Assembly (NCBI GenBank): GCA_038890745.1
Contig: JAWAFD010000002.1
Coordinates: 183,130 to 247,129, forward strand
Direction: 5' to 3'
Length of the DNA stretch: 64,000 nt
Origin: Candidatus Anstonellales archaeon
GTDB taxonomy: Archaea > Micrarchaeota > Micrarchaeia > Anstonellales > J096
This document shows positions 1-10,070 of this stretch, piece after piece. Position 1 is the stretch's first letter. Every line of letters begins with the position of its first letter. Below the pieces are notes generated by a model, which had not been told where the DNA came from, did not search any database, and worked only from the letters and a program-made list of their open reading frames with translations. The position numbers and the translations under genes were made by a program.

Positions 1-25
1 AAACTTTCCCTTCAAATTGTTAGCG

Positions 26-1711
26 ATGAAAAGATTGATCTTGCTTTTGTTTCTCTCATCCATAGTTTTTTCTGCTTATGGAAATATAGTTGACAATTCA
101 AACATAATCCGCAATGTTACCTCTTCAATCTCATACAAGGTTTATGCTGATACATTTGGCGTTAACCCTGATTTTGCGCTCATGCTCTGTGGGGCAAGCG
201 GGTATGCGGGTGCTGTGTATTCCGCGAATGTTTCGGGCGCTCCTGTTTACATAACCATAAGCAAAAACCTGAGTGCAGGGGCAAACTCAACACTAGTCTA
301 CACCTCTCAAAATGTTAACTCAACATGCAACCGCACACCGGTTGATCAGTTTGCATTTTCTCAGTTTCAAGACATCACCCGAACCCCAAGGGTGTATGTT
401 TCTGCCTTTCCCGGCAGAATTCACATTCTTTACTCTTCAAGCGTAGATGGCTCAAACCCTGAATTTGCAAAGGTTAATTATTCAAACGGCTGGCTGAAGG
501 GCGACTACTCTGTTACAAGAATTTTTGATGAGAACATCGCCCGAGTAAACGCAACGGTGAGTACGATTACTTTTGAAACAGATATGGGAACAATTACTCA
601 GAGCGCAAGCGACCCGGAGTGGGGTCTAAACTCCTCAACCGGAAGGAGCATGTTGATTGCTTTGTGCGAGGATGACTACGGTGATGTGTGCAGCGATGCA
701 GTGGTAATAAACTCTTCCTCTCAATTCCCAGCACGCTTAAACCTCAACCAGCCCATAGGGGATACCTCTCACTATGACAGATATGTTGTTGTGGATGGCT
801 TAGGCTATCCCATATGCATCGGTGCAGACCTTTATGTTTCCATCTCCACCCCAGGCTCTCTTGGATATGGAGAATCCGGAAATGTAAGTATTACGATTAC
901 AAACATCGGAAATGTCCGGGTTACAACAGATTTCGTGATCAACCTTTCTGTTTCAGGGCCCGGAGGGCACTACAATTATACCGAATGGACAATTACAGAA
1001 ACCCTACTTCCAGGCCAGAGCACAACAAGAAACTATACTTTCTTTGCAACCGGCCAGAGTGGAACATATACATTTAGAACTTTTGTTGATACGACGAATG
1101 TAATAAGCGAGTGCAACGAAGGGAACAACAACGCAACCGGGACAATTACCGTTGTTCCGAGAAGAGTTCTTCATGTTAAAATAGATGACAACGAAACATA
1201 CTATTTCCCTCAATGGGGATATCCTTACAATGTAACCATGTGGGTTACGGACAGCGACAACAACACCCTTACCGGATTAACCTTCAAAATTACAGAAACA
1301 AACGGCTTAAATCCATTTGTCCCAACTCAACTCTGGAACAGCTCCGGAACAGTGGTTGGGCTTAAGAGCTATTCCATAGGGGAATTCGGTTCAAACTCTT
1401 CTGGTTATGCCATGTTCACAATCATCCCAACCTGCAACAAGCTCTACACAACCTACATAAGCGAAAATGTGGATGTTTATGTAGGCAACTATTCCATTAC
1501 TGTGAATGTATACCAAGGCGGCTCTCCTGTTCCGCTCTATTTCAACGGCTCAACAGTGTATGACCACCCACTCTTTGTTTCAAACACCTCGTGCTCTGTT
1601 CCTCCATGGACAAACAACAAGGAGCTGGTGAATAAAGACAGGTACGTTCTTCCAATATACGACTGGCTGTATGAAGTTTATTCAATAATGAAAAGAATAG
1701 CAAACCCGTGA
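26..1711 (+). CDS. Secreted surface protein with CARDB-type Ig-like domain
   Basis: Signal peptide MKRLILLLFLSSIVFSAYG from ATG 26. CARDB-like segment ADLYV...ITNIGN...VDTTNVISECNEGNNNAT. Many N-x-S/T sequons. Confidence 0.75.
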   Translation: MKRLILLLFLSSIVFSAYGNIVDNSNIIRNVTSSISYKVYADTFGVNPDFALMLCGASGYAGAVYSANVSGAPVYITISKNLSAGANSTLVYTSQNVNSTCNRTPVDQFAFSQFQDITRTPRVYVSAFPGRIHILYSSSVDGSNPEFAKVNYSNGWLKGDYSVTRIFDENIARVNATVSTITFETDMGTITQSASDPEWGLNSSTGRSMLIALCEDDYGDVCSDAVVINSSSQFPARLNLNQPIGDTSHYDRYVVVDGLGYPICIGADLYVSISTPGSLGYGESGNVSITITNIGNVRVTTDFVINLSVSGPGGHYNYTEWTITETLLPGQSTTRNYTFFATGQSGTYTFRTFVDTTNVISECNEGNNNATGTITVVPRRVLHVKIDDNETYYFPQWGYPYNVTMWVTDSDNNTLTGLTFKITETNGLNPFVPTQLWNSSGTVVGLKSYSIGEFGSNSSGYAMFTIIPTCNKLYTTYISENVDVYVGNYSITVNVYQGGSPVPLYFNGSTVYDHPLFVSNTSCSVPPWTNNKELVNKDRYVLPIYDWLYEVYSIMKRIANP

Positions 1712-1715
1712 TAGG

Positions 1716-3590
1716 ATGAAAAAAATTTTTATCCTTGCCTTGCTTTTCTGCCTTACTTTTGCCCAGTACTACCAAGTCTATCTTGTTCTTGAGAATGAAA
1801 CCATCCACTCCCTTGTTTATGATAACCCATCATTTTCTTATGCAGATAACTCCATGGAAAACCCGAACATCTATGTCCGCGTTTGCGCCCTTAATGCGAG
1901 CGAGCTTCAGAACAAATGGGTCGCGCTTGTTTACGCAGACGGAACAAACGGCCAGTACATTGAAATAGACAACGGGCCCGTGCAAATAACCTCTGTTCCT
2001 CCAAGCTTGTGCGTTAATCTAGATGTGGACATTTCTTCTTTCAAAGCATGGTACCCATCCATCCCATTTGTGATAATTGCAGATAACAAAGCCCTTACCT
2101 CCTCGCCTACTCGATGGAAGCTTTCCCAATCTCGCGGATGGCTTGTTGGCAATTATACCATGAACGCAACCAGAATAGGAAATACTGTTTATGTTAATGT
2201 TACCGGCGCTGTTGATGATTCTTTTGCAACCTACATTGTTCCTGTTGTTGACTATCTTGTTGTTGGGACCGTTCAGAGCGATGGACTTACAACAACAGAT
2301 ACAAAAATAGTTAGGTTCAACCAAACAGCAACCCTTTCGCTCGGGGCTTACACAGGGAATTACACAATAATGATAAACGGGATAGGAGGAGAATTTCCAC
2401 CTTATGTAAGAATAATTTCCCCACAGCCAACAACCTACCCACCCGGCGATATTCCTTTTATTTTTACAATAATAGAATTCGAGCCTTTGGATTCCTGCTG
2501 GTATGTTTTAGATAGCCGCGCCTACACCCTTCCTGATTGCCATGCTTCCTACATCCTTTCCGGCCTTTCTGCCGGCTCCCATTCCCTTTGCCTGTATGCA
2601 AACGACACCTCGAACAGGATAGGAAGCGACTGCGTTTCCTTCTCAATCTCAGCTCCTCCTCCTCCTCCACCACCAGGTCCAGGAGGAATCGGAAAGCCAC
2701 CCAAGCCACCTCCTCCACCCATCCCTCCTGCACCAACATTCAGAATAATTCCTGAGGAGCTTTTCCTCTACCTTGAGCTCATCTATCCTTATGAAGCTTC
2801 GGACACTTTCTCCCTTTGCGCCGATTATGCTCTCTCCAATATTGAATGCGAAATTTCCGGTCCATACGCAGAGTATTACTCCGTGGAACTCTCATCACAT
2901 TCCCTTAACAACTCCTGCATTAATGGGACTGTTTCTGTAAAATTTCCAGTTTCGATTGCGCTTGATATTGATGAAAACGAAAACCTCCTATACTGCTATG
3001 CACAGTACGACAGCATTTCCTCTCTTGTTGCAAAGGGAAATGTGTATACTATTGTTCTAAAACCAGAGCTTGAATCCACAAACCTCTCATACTCTCTTTA
3101 CATAGGTCAGGAGATAAACGCAACCCTCCCCATCACAAACATAGGAAAGGCAAACGCAACAAACATCACGGTTGAAACCTCTCCAAAATATGAAGAGTGG
3201 CTTGGTGCCTACACGATAGGGAATATAGGGGTTGGAGAAACCCATTTCCTCTCCATCCATATTAAAGTTCCAGATGACGCCCAGCCAGGAAAATACAGAA
3301 TTCCGATTACTATTTCTGCAGAGAACGCGCGCGCAAAAACATATTATATAGAAATAACAGTAAAGCCAAAACCAGAGCTTATTACTTGCGCATTTGATTT
3401 CAATCTTCTCGCTACTATCTGGCCATTAATCCTAGCAATGCTCCAGCCCATTGCTGTTTTTGAGTATTACCGGGAAGATAAAAAATGGAAGGAAAAATCC
3501 CTCCGCCTCTCCTCCCTGAATGCCCTCATCCTTCTCATTGTTTGGCTGGTTATTTTCTACTTCATTGCCTCAAAATGCCTCCCTCTCTAA
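1716..3590 (+). CDS. Membrane-anchored surface protein (Ig-like domains, poly-Pro linker, C-terminal TM helices)
   Basis: Signal peptide, PPPPPPPGPGG linker, Ig/NEW3-like 'ITNIGKANATNI...VPDDAQPGKYRI' and two C-terminal hydrophobic helices. Confidence 0.75.
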   Translation: MKKIFILALLFCLTFAQYYQVYLVLENETIHSLVYDNPSFSYADNSMENPNIYVRVCALNASELQNKWVALVYADGTNGQYIEIDNGPVQITSVPPSLCVNLDVDISSFKAWYPSIPFVIIADNKALTSSPTRWKLSQSRGWLVGNYTMNATRIGNTVYVNVTGAVDDSFATYIVPVVDYLVVGTVQSDGLTTTDTKIVRFNQTATLSLGAYTGNYTIMINGIGGEFPPYVRIISPQPTTYPPGDIPFIFTIIEFEPLDSCWYVLDSRAYTLPDCHASYILSGLSAGSHSLCLYANDTSNRIGSDCVSFSISAPPPPPPPGPGGIGKPPKPPPPPIPPAPTFRIIPEELFLYLELIYPYEASDTFSLCADYALSNIECEISGPYAEYYSVELSSHSLNNSCINGTVSVKFPVSIALDIDENENLLYCYAQYDSISSLVAKGNVYTIVLKPELESTNLSYSLYIGQEINATLPITNIGKANATNITVETSPKYEEWLGAYTIGNIGVGETHFLSIHIKVPDDAQPGKYRIPITISAENARAKTYYIEITVKPKPELITCAFDFNLLATIWPLILAMLQPIAVFEYYREDKKWKEKSLRLSSLNALILLIVWLVIFYFIASKCLPL

Positions 3591-3641
3591 AGTTCTGCTA
3601 AAAGGGAAAGATTTTTATATTTTTTTCCCTATTAATTGTAC

Positions 3642-4940
3642 ATGAATTTTGAGGAGGTGAAGGAGTATCTTCTGGATTTTCAGAAAAGAGAAATGCCTGA
3701 GATGGTGGAGAGAGAGCTTAGGGTCGATGGTTCCGGAAGGATAGTTTCAATAATAGGACCAAGAAGGGCCGGTAAAACATTTTTTATGTACCAGAAAATG
3801 AAGGAGCTTATAAATTCCGGAAAGAAAAAAAGCTCCATACTTTACCTAAACTTTGAAGACCCGCGGCTTGTTGGAGTGAGTTTCAAAGACATCAAAGAGA
3901 TAGTTAAATTACACTGGCAGCTTTATCCGGATTCGACGAATGAGCAATTATACATTTTTGTAGATGAACCGCAAAATGTTGAAGGATGGGAGGTTGCAGT
4001 AAGGGGGCTGCATGATGATGGTTTTGTTGTTTTTCTGAGCGGCTCAAGTTCTAAACTATTAAGCAGAGAAATAGCAACCTCTCTACGCGGCCGGACGATC
4101 TCTTATACTCTCCTCCCATTTTCTTTTAGAGAGTTTATGAGAATGAAAAAAGTTTCTTTTGATACCAGTAGACTTGGCTCTAAAGAAAAGGCACTGCTAA
4201 ATTCCCTCTTCGAGGAATATGTCGTGTTTGGCGGGTTTCCTGAGGTTATAAAAGCAGAAAAGAAAGAAGAAAAGGAAAGAGTACTGAGCGAATACTTCGA
4301 TCTGGTTGTTTACCGCGATATTGTTGAACGATACAAGGTGAAAAACACCGCGCTCGTTAAATGGTTGATAAAGTCAACTCTTTCTTCTTTTTCAAAGGAG
4401 CTTAGTATCCATAAACTTTATCTCAATTTGAGATCTCAGGGGCTAAGCTTAAGCAAGAATACGCTGTATTCATATTTTTCGATGCTTGTAGACTCTCTTT
4501 TTGTTTTTCCAGTTTTCAGGTTTTCTTATTCAATAAGAAAAAGAGAGCTTTCTAAAGCAAAGGTTTATGCATGCGATGTTGGGTTCACAAAGCTTGTTGA
4601 GATCTCTCCAGAAAGAGGAAGGAAAATGGAGAATATTGTTTTCTTGGAACTTATGCGAAGAAAAAAACCTTTGGAAGAGATTTTTTATTGGAAAAATCCT
4701 CAGAATAAAGAAGTCGATTTTGTCGTTAGAGAAGGAAGTAGGACAAAAAAACTCATTCAGGTTTGTTCTAACATTAGTGATATGGAAGTGAAAAAAAGAG
4801 AGGTGGGTGCTTTAATAAAGGCATCTGAAGAGTTGAGATGCAGTGATCTATCCATCATAACCGATAGATATACAGGGCAAGAGAGAGTAAAAAGAAAAAA
4901 AATAAGTTTTGTTTCCCTGCCGGAGTGGTTGCTTTCATAG
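3642..4940 (+). CDS. AAA_14-family ATPase with DUF4143-type C-terminal domain
   Basis: Walker A GPRRAGKT, Walker B IFVDEPQ, SGSSSKLL, GGFPE and C-terminal EVDFV...IQV. Confidence 0.85.
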   Translation: MNFEEVKEYLLDFQKREMPEMVERELRVDGSGRIVSIIGPRRAGKTFFMYQKMKELINSGKKKSSILYLNFEDPRLVGVSFKDIKEIVKLHWQLYPDSTNEQLYIFVDEPQNVEGWEVAVRGLHDDGFVVFLSGSSSKLLSREIATSLRGRTISYTLLPFSFREFMRMKKVSFDTSRLGSKEKALLNSLFEEYVVFGGFPEVIKAEKKEEKERVLSEYFDLVVYRDIVERYKVKNTALVKWLIKSTLSSFSKELSIHKLYLNLRSQGLSLSKNTLYSYFSMLVDSLFVFPVFRFSYSIRKRELSKAKVYACDVGFTKLVEISPERGRKMENIVFLELMRRKKPLEEIFYWKNPQNKEVDFVVREGSRTKKLIQVCSNISDMEVKKREVGALIKASEELRCSDLSIITDRYTGQERVKRKKISFVSLPEWLLS

Positions 4941-4986
4941 TTAATCTTTTAAACAGTTCTGTACATACTTGGTTATGCGGGTGGGC

Positions 4987-7794
4987 ATGAGAATAGAATT
5001 CATCGTCCTGTCTTTACTTGTTCTTTTAGCCAGTACGTATGCTATCTCAGACTGTCAACAAATAACCGGAGAAAACCTTTCTCTTACTCTGGATAACAAC
5101 ATAGACGCACAGGGGAATGATTGTTTTTACATACAAGGAATAAACATAACCCTGGATTGCAGAAACTACCTTATTTATAACGCTTCCACTGCAATTTTAG
5201 TAAACAACTCCCACATGATAAATATATCCAGGTGTAAAATAGAAAATTCAACAAATGGTATCATTCTTCAAGTCCAGACCCCAACAGGCTATCCCGAATA
5301 CCAAGATCAGTTAGTAAGAAGAAATACTTCGGCCATTCTAACCAGCATTACAATAAACAATGTAACAAATGGAATTCTCATGAACAGAACCCATCAGAAT
5401 ACGATAAGGTTCGCAAACATAAGAAATTCCCAGAATGCCATTTCCTTATTCTATTCTTATGCAAACATTATAGAAAATTCAACAATTCAAAACAACCAGC
5501 TTGGTATTTTCATATATGATGCTGCCGCCAACGGCTCGCAGGCAAACGCAACCCCAATACTCGCAAAAGCAAAAGGTAAAGGAGTTAAAAGCGTGGACCC
5601 AGAGCCAGTAAACGACACTACTGTAATCCGAGGAAAGTACGGAAGCATAGTAAGGCACTGTACTTTTCAGAACAATTCTATAGGAATAGTTTTGAATCAA
5701 ACAGCAAACAATTCATTCTACAACAATCTATTCAACAACACCCAAAATGTTCTTTCAGATTCGTCTTCCAGCAATTTTGTTAATTACTGGAACTCTTCCT
5801 ATGACTGCTCTCAAAGAAGCATAATAAACGGAATGTGCAGAGGAGGGAACTATTGGAATGATTATTATGGGTATGATGATGGAACTGGTTCTCCTCCTCA
5901 TGATGTTTATTTTGATGATATTGGCGATACCCTTCTTCCATACATTCCAAACGGAGAAATTTCTGGGGATGAGCTTCCACTAACAAAAAACCTCCCACCA
6001 GATTGGGTTGCGTATTGTAGACAGATTACCCAGCCAGGAACATATACACAAAAAAGAAACATCTATGGTGTTATCTCATCCTCAAACAAGAAGTGCATAG
6101 AGGTTTTGGCTGACAACGTTACCCTCAACTGCGCCGGCTTCAACATCACAGATAACACGACCTATACAGATAGTTATGGAATTTACATTTCAAACTACAA
6201 CAATTTAACAGTTGCAAACTGTACTGTCCTTAATTACACAACCGGCTATTATGACAGAAATTCTTTCTATGGTGCCCTTTACAGAAATAACTTCTCAAAC
6301 GACAGATACAATCTTTATTTTGATGTGGACACCTCGCCCTACCCAAACCAAACAGAACCATTCCTTAAAACGATCACAACAGACAACTATGTTTATGGAA
6401 GAAAAGTATATTACTTCATCAACGGCCGAACTCCTGATGGCTACACTTGGCCTCCTCCTTATGATGCAGGATTTGTTGCACTGGTTAATGGCCAGAATAT
6501 TGTTGCAACCGGCTACGATCTATACAACAACAGTCCAGAGATGATTTTTGTAAATATCTCCAACCTTGAAATAAAAGAGAACAAAATATGGAAATCCGGC
6601 GTTGGTGCATACGTTCTTTTCAGCGAGAATGTTTATGTAAAAAACAACAATTTCACAAACAACAGCCTATACGAGATTTTCATTACCTACTCAAATTACA
6701 CAAACATAACCAAAAACCTTTTCTACAACACTTCAGGATATTCAATACTACTTTACAGATGCGACAATAACGATATTTTCCTAAACAATGGAACAAACTC
6801 AGGGTATCTAATTTCAGTTGCGTATGCAAACAACAGTTTAGCTCACGATAATTATGCAAACTATACGTCAGGCGGAATATGGTTCTCATATTCTACGTAC
6901 AACAAAATATATTCAAATGAGCTCTGGCTTGTGTGCGGAGGGCAGGCAGTAATAGGAAGCTCAAACGTTAATTACACTTTTGTCTTTTCTAATACCGGAA
7001 GCAGCCGATGCACATCCACACATCAATTTATATATATAGTTGGCACCAACCCGTCCCCTTCATGGGCGTACTACGGTGAGGTATATAACAATACAATCAA
7101 AAGATATCCCGGCGGAGTTACGTGGAATTCTGGGATTCATATAAACCGGGCGGGGTATTTAGTTGTCCATGATAATTACATTGAGGATGTACGGTATAGT
7201 GGTAATAGCGTTGGCATTCAGTTTCCATACGGAGCCGGTCATATTACTTATAACAACACAGTGATAAATGCCAGCAAATGTATGAGGGCGTTCATCTCAA
7301 ATTCCGAAACATCAAACAATACGTTCCGATACTGCGATATTGGTATAACGCTTGAATTTGCTACAGGCAATAGAATATACAATAACATGATACTGGATAG
7401 CATTACATATGGTTATGATGATTATATCAATGGCAATTGGTGGAGCCTTGGTCATATAAACTGCTCCCGTGGGCCGAATATAATCGGTGGTCCATGTTGG
7501 GGAGGAAACTTTTATGGAAACTATTCCGGATGCGATTCTAATGGCGATGGGATAGGAGAGACGTCCTATCCAATAAATGGTAGTGCTTATGCCGTAGACC
7601 CATACCCTCTTACAAACACCCCATGCAAATCTCAACCTCCACCCATTAAAGAACCAACCGAAATCAAACCCATTCAACCATCCCCAAAGCCTCTTCCCGC
7701 TCCGTCTGAGAAGAAAGACAGAAAACAGAACTCAACCTCTATTTCTGTAAATTCTACTGAAATTTCTTTACCAAGTTCCATCCCCATACACTAA
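4987..7794 (+). CDS. Secreted parallel beta-helix (NosD/PbH1-like) surface protein
   Basis: Signal peptide, Asn-rich beta-helix rungs, two GGNYW/GGNFY...DGIG-like cap motifs and a Pro-rich C-terminal tail. Confidence 0.8.
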   Translation: MRIEFIVLSLLVLLASTYAISDCQQITGENLSLTLDNNIDAQGNDCFYIQGINITLDCRNYLIYNASTAILVNNSHMINISRCKIENSTNGIILQVQTPTGYPEYQDQLVRRNTSAILTSITINNVTNGILMNRTHQNTIRFANIRNSQNAISLFYSYANIIENSTIQNNQLGIFIYDAAANGSQANATPILAKAKGKGVKSVDPEPVNDTTVIRGKYGSIVRHCTFQNNSIGIVLNQTANNSFYNNLFNNTQNVLSDSSSSNFVNYWNSSYDCSQRSIINGMCRGGNYWNDYYGYDDGTGSPPHDVYFDDIGDTLLPYIPNGEISGDELPLTKNLPPDWVAYCRQITQPGTYTQKRNIYGVISSSNKKCIEVLADNVTLNCAGFNITDNTTYTDSYGIYISNYNNLTVANCTVLNYTTGYYDRNSFYGALYRNNFSNDRYNLYFDVDTSPYPNQTEPFLKTITTDNYVYGRKVYYFINGRTPDGYTWPPPYDAGFVALVNGQNIVATGYDLYNNSPEMIFVNISNLEIKENKIWKSGVGAYVLFSENVYVKNNNFTNNSLYEIFITYSNYTNITKNLFYNTSGYSILLYRCDNNDIFLNNGTNSGYLISVAYANNSLAHDNYANYTSGGIWFSYSTYNKIYSNELWLVCGGQAVIGSSNVNYTFVFSNTGSSRCTSTHQFIYIVGTNPSPSWAYYGEVYNNTIKRYPGGVTWNSGIHINRAGYLVVHDNYIEDVRYSGNSVGIQFPYGAGHITYNNTVINASKCMRAFISNSETSNNTFRYCDIGITLEFATGNRIYNNMILDSITYGYDDYINGNWWSLGHINCSRGPNIIGGPCWGGNFYGNYSGCDSNGDGIGETSYPINGSAYAVDPYPLTNTPCKSQPPPIKEPTEIKPIQPSPKPLPAPSEKKDRKQNSTSISVNSTEISLPSSIPIH

Positions 7795-7837
7795 AATAGT
7801 TCATATTTATGTTTTTTTGTATTTTTTCGAGAGAGAT

Positions 7838-7858
7838 TGCGCGAAACCTTTTTAAACT
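7838..7858 (+). promoter_or_regulatory. BRE/TATA-like promoter of the small secreted subunit gene
   Basis: gcgaaa-cc-tttttaaac about 35 bp upstream of ATG 7889. GGTGA Shine-Dalgarno-like motif at 7879-7883. Confidence 0.55.
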
Positions 7859-7888
7859 TTATGGTAGACATTTCAGCAGGTGAAAAGG

Positions 7889-8593
7889 ATGAATGGAAAA
7901 TATCTCTTGATAGGCTTTATGGCTCTCTTAGTCCTAGCAGGAATAGTGGCGGCCAGTACACCAATAAACGCAAGCGTTTCGGCAGGACCGCAGCAAAGAT
8001 ACGCAATACCACATGGTGCAGCAGGTTCTGTTACGACTGAAGGTGGAAACGTAACACAAGTAAACCTTACGGGTACGAACTCCTCTACAGAAAGATGGGC
8101 TGGCTTCTACGGAAACCTTACGGGTTCCAACTTGGTACTCGGTGACAGCTCCGGCAATGCATTCTACGCATGGGCAGTTGGTAATCCAAACGAACTTTGG
8201 AAGGTCTACGCTTCTACCCAGAATGATGTTAACTGGGCAAACCTTGCTGCTGGTCAATGCGAAGCGGGTACGAATGTGTACAATTGGGTGTTCAATGGTG
8301 CCTGGGCAGACAACTATACAAATACATTCACACATTCAGGAGCAGACACATTTGCAGATGCTACAATAACTGCAAACTATACATTGACCTATGAGCATAA
8401 CGGTGCTGAAACTTGGCCGACATACCATCTCCAGGATGGTACAGGAACTGATGATGATGTGTGGGCAGCAAAAGTTTTAACCACTGCAACTGCATTCAAT
8501 GACGCAGCAGGTGTTGTGTACCAGCTCATGGTTCCTGCAAACCCAGCGGATAACACTTACGTGACCTATTACTTCTTCCTAGAAATAAACTAA
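7889..8593 (+). CDS. Small secreted protein; standalone copy of the domain found at the C-terminus of both giant proteins (candidate structural subunit)
   Basis: Signal peptide, GGNVTQVNL...TERWAGFYGN motif, ending YYFFLEIN. ATG chosen from SD spacing; the ORF track starts at GTG 7880. Confidence 0.8.
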   Translation: MNGKYLLIGFMALLVLAGIVAASTPINASVSAGPQQRYAIPHGAAGSVTTEGGNVTQVNLTGTNSSTERWAGFYGNLTGSNLVLGDSSGNAFYAWAVGNPNELWKVYASTQNDVNWANLAAGQCEAGTNVYNWVFNGAWADNYTNTFTHSGADTFADATITANYTLTYEHNGAETWPTYHLQDGTGTDDDVWAAKVLTTATAFNDAAGVVYQLMVPANPADNTYVTYYFFLEIN

Positions 8594-8604
8594 TCCGAGA
8601 GCCA

Positions 8605-8635
8605 TTCTTCCTCTTTTTTCTTTTTTTCCTTCTTG
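8605..8635 (+). terminator. Oligo-T archaeal terminator
   Basis: ttcttcctcttttttctttttttccttctt directly after the stop codon. Confidence 0.55.
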
Positions 8636-8646
8636 ATGCTGCATTT

Positions 8647-8700
8647 GTCGAAAAAATGAACAAAAATATTTGAATTCTGTCCAAAATTTCGACAACTTTT
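8647..8700. repeat. 54-bp direct repeat, copy 1 (imperfect palindrome), abutting the TATA box of the ATPase gene
   Basis: Identical to 9938-9991. Contains TTGTCGAAA...TTTCGACAA inverted arms. Confidence 0.95.
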
Positions 8701-8726
8701 TAAACCTTTCCCCATCCAAATCTCTC

Positions 8727-9938
8727 ATGGAAAACGAACGTATTTTTGAAAAATTATCGCTTGTCTTCACAACAAACCTTAGGATGGCAGAAAGTTTAGA
8801 GTACAAGAGATTTCTCTACCCTGTTTTAAAAAGCAAGATAGTAAAGAATAAGCTTATTCTACTTTATGGAGTAAGGGGGACGGGAAAAACAACCCTTATG
8901 CTTCAGGTTGCATCTGAACTAATGAAAGAGGGAAAAAGAGTTTTTTATTTTCCTCTTGATCATTGGGTATTCTCCCTTTCAACTTTTTATGATTTTGTTG
9001 AGTTTCTATATAAAAAAGGAATAGAATATATTTTTGTCGATGAGGTGCACAAATACCCGAATTGGGTTCAAGAGATTAAAAATATATATGATGGGTTGGA
9101 TGTGAAAATTCTTGCTAGCGGCTCAAACCCCTCTTTAATAATAAAGGGAAAATATGACCTTTCTAGACGGGTAATAGATCTTCAACTCCCCCCGCTTTCT
9201 TACAGGGAGTATATCGAAATGAAAACAGGAAAAAAATACATACCGCTTACGCTTGAAAAAATAGTAAATGAATGGGATTCTGTCCAGCGGACGTATCCAT
9301 ATGTTGATATTAGCGAATACATGCAGTACTCTATGCCATTTTTCCTAAGTACTGAAAGAGAGGAGTATGAAAAGAGTGTGATGAACATAGTTGAGAAAGT
9401 TGTCTATGAAGACCTTCTCTCGTATAATTTCAACACTACAACCATTCTTCATGCAAAATCGATCCTTGGGTACATAGCTTCCAACCCTGCTGGTGAGGTT
9501 AGCATTTCTTCAATAAGTGGAAGAATTGATGGTATGAGCAAGGGTAGTGTTGGTGAAGTTCTGAAAGCATTTGAAAGTATAGGGCTTATTCATTCTGTTC
9601 CTTCTTTGGTGCATGGTAAAGGTTTGCTTAGGCCCAACAAGAAATACTATCTTTCTCCTCCGTTCAGATGGTTTATATGCAAAATGAGTGGAAGGGATTC
9701 AGATATAGGTAGCCTGAGGGAGGATTTTTTTGTTTCTCATCTTTTCAACAGGAAGGTGGAGTATCCTTCTGAGAAGGGTGAGCCTGATTTTATTGTGGAT
9801 AGAAAATATGTTTTTGAGATTGGAGGAAAAACAAAGACAAAAAAGCAAATAATTGGAAAAAAGAATGCGTTTTTGGTAAAGGATGTAATGTTTTCGTATG
9901 ATTCTATTCCGCTGTTTCTGTTTGGCTACCTTTATTAG
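8727..9938 (+). CDS. AAA_14-family ATP-binding protein
   Basis: Walker A GVRGTGKT, Walker B IFVDEVH, C-terminal PDF...FEIGGK and IPLFLFGYLY. ATG 8727 lies about 25 bp after tttttaaa. Confidence 0.85.
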   Translation: MENERIFEKLSLVFTTNLRMAESLEYKRFLYPVLKSKIVKNKLILLYGVRGTGKTTLMLQVASELMKEGKRVFYFPLDHWVFSLSTFYDFVEFLYKKGIEYIFVDEVHKYPNWVQEIKNIYDGLDVKILASGSNPSLIIKGKYDLSRRVIDLQLPPLSYREYIEMKTGKKYIPLTLEKIVNEWDSVQRTYPYVDISEYMQYSMPFFLSTEREEYEKSVMNIVEKVVYEDLLSYNFNTTTILHAKSILGYIASNPAGEVSISSISGRIDGMSKGSVGEVLKAFESIGLIHSVPSLVHGKGLLRPNKKYYLSPPFRWFICKMSGRDSDIGSLREDFFVSHLFNRKVEYPSEKGEPDFIVDRKYVFEIGGKTKTKKQIIGKKNAFLVKDVMFSYDSIPLFLFGYLY

Positions 9939-9991
9939 TCGAAAAAATGAACAAAAATATTTGAATTCTGTCCAAAATTTCGACAACTTTT
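9938..9991. repeat. 54-bp direct repeat, copy 2, overlapping the ATPase stop codon
   Basis: Identical to 8647-8700. Confidence 0.95.
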
Positions 9992-10070
9992 GGTATCCCG
10001 ACCCTGAACGACGAAGAACAAAAGCCAACCTTTTTATACCTATCCTCGCAATTTTCCTTGGGTGTGATGC

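Noticed and set aside
2654..2735. CCT/CCA-rich microsatellite
   Set aside because: Explained by the poly-proline linker it encodes.
8670..8726. N-terminal extension of the AAA_14 ORF from TTG 8670
   Set aside because: It runs through the repeat and TATA box; ATG 8727 fits promoter spacing better.
8645..9991. Integron attC cassette or IS with target-site duplication
   Set aside because: No RYYYAAC/GTTRRRY core pair, no integrase or transposase, and 54 bp is too long for a typical target-site duplication.
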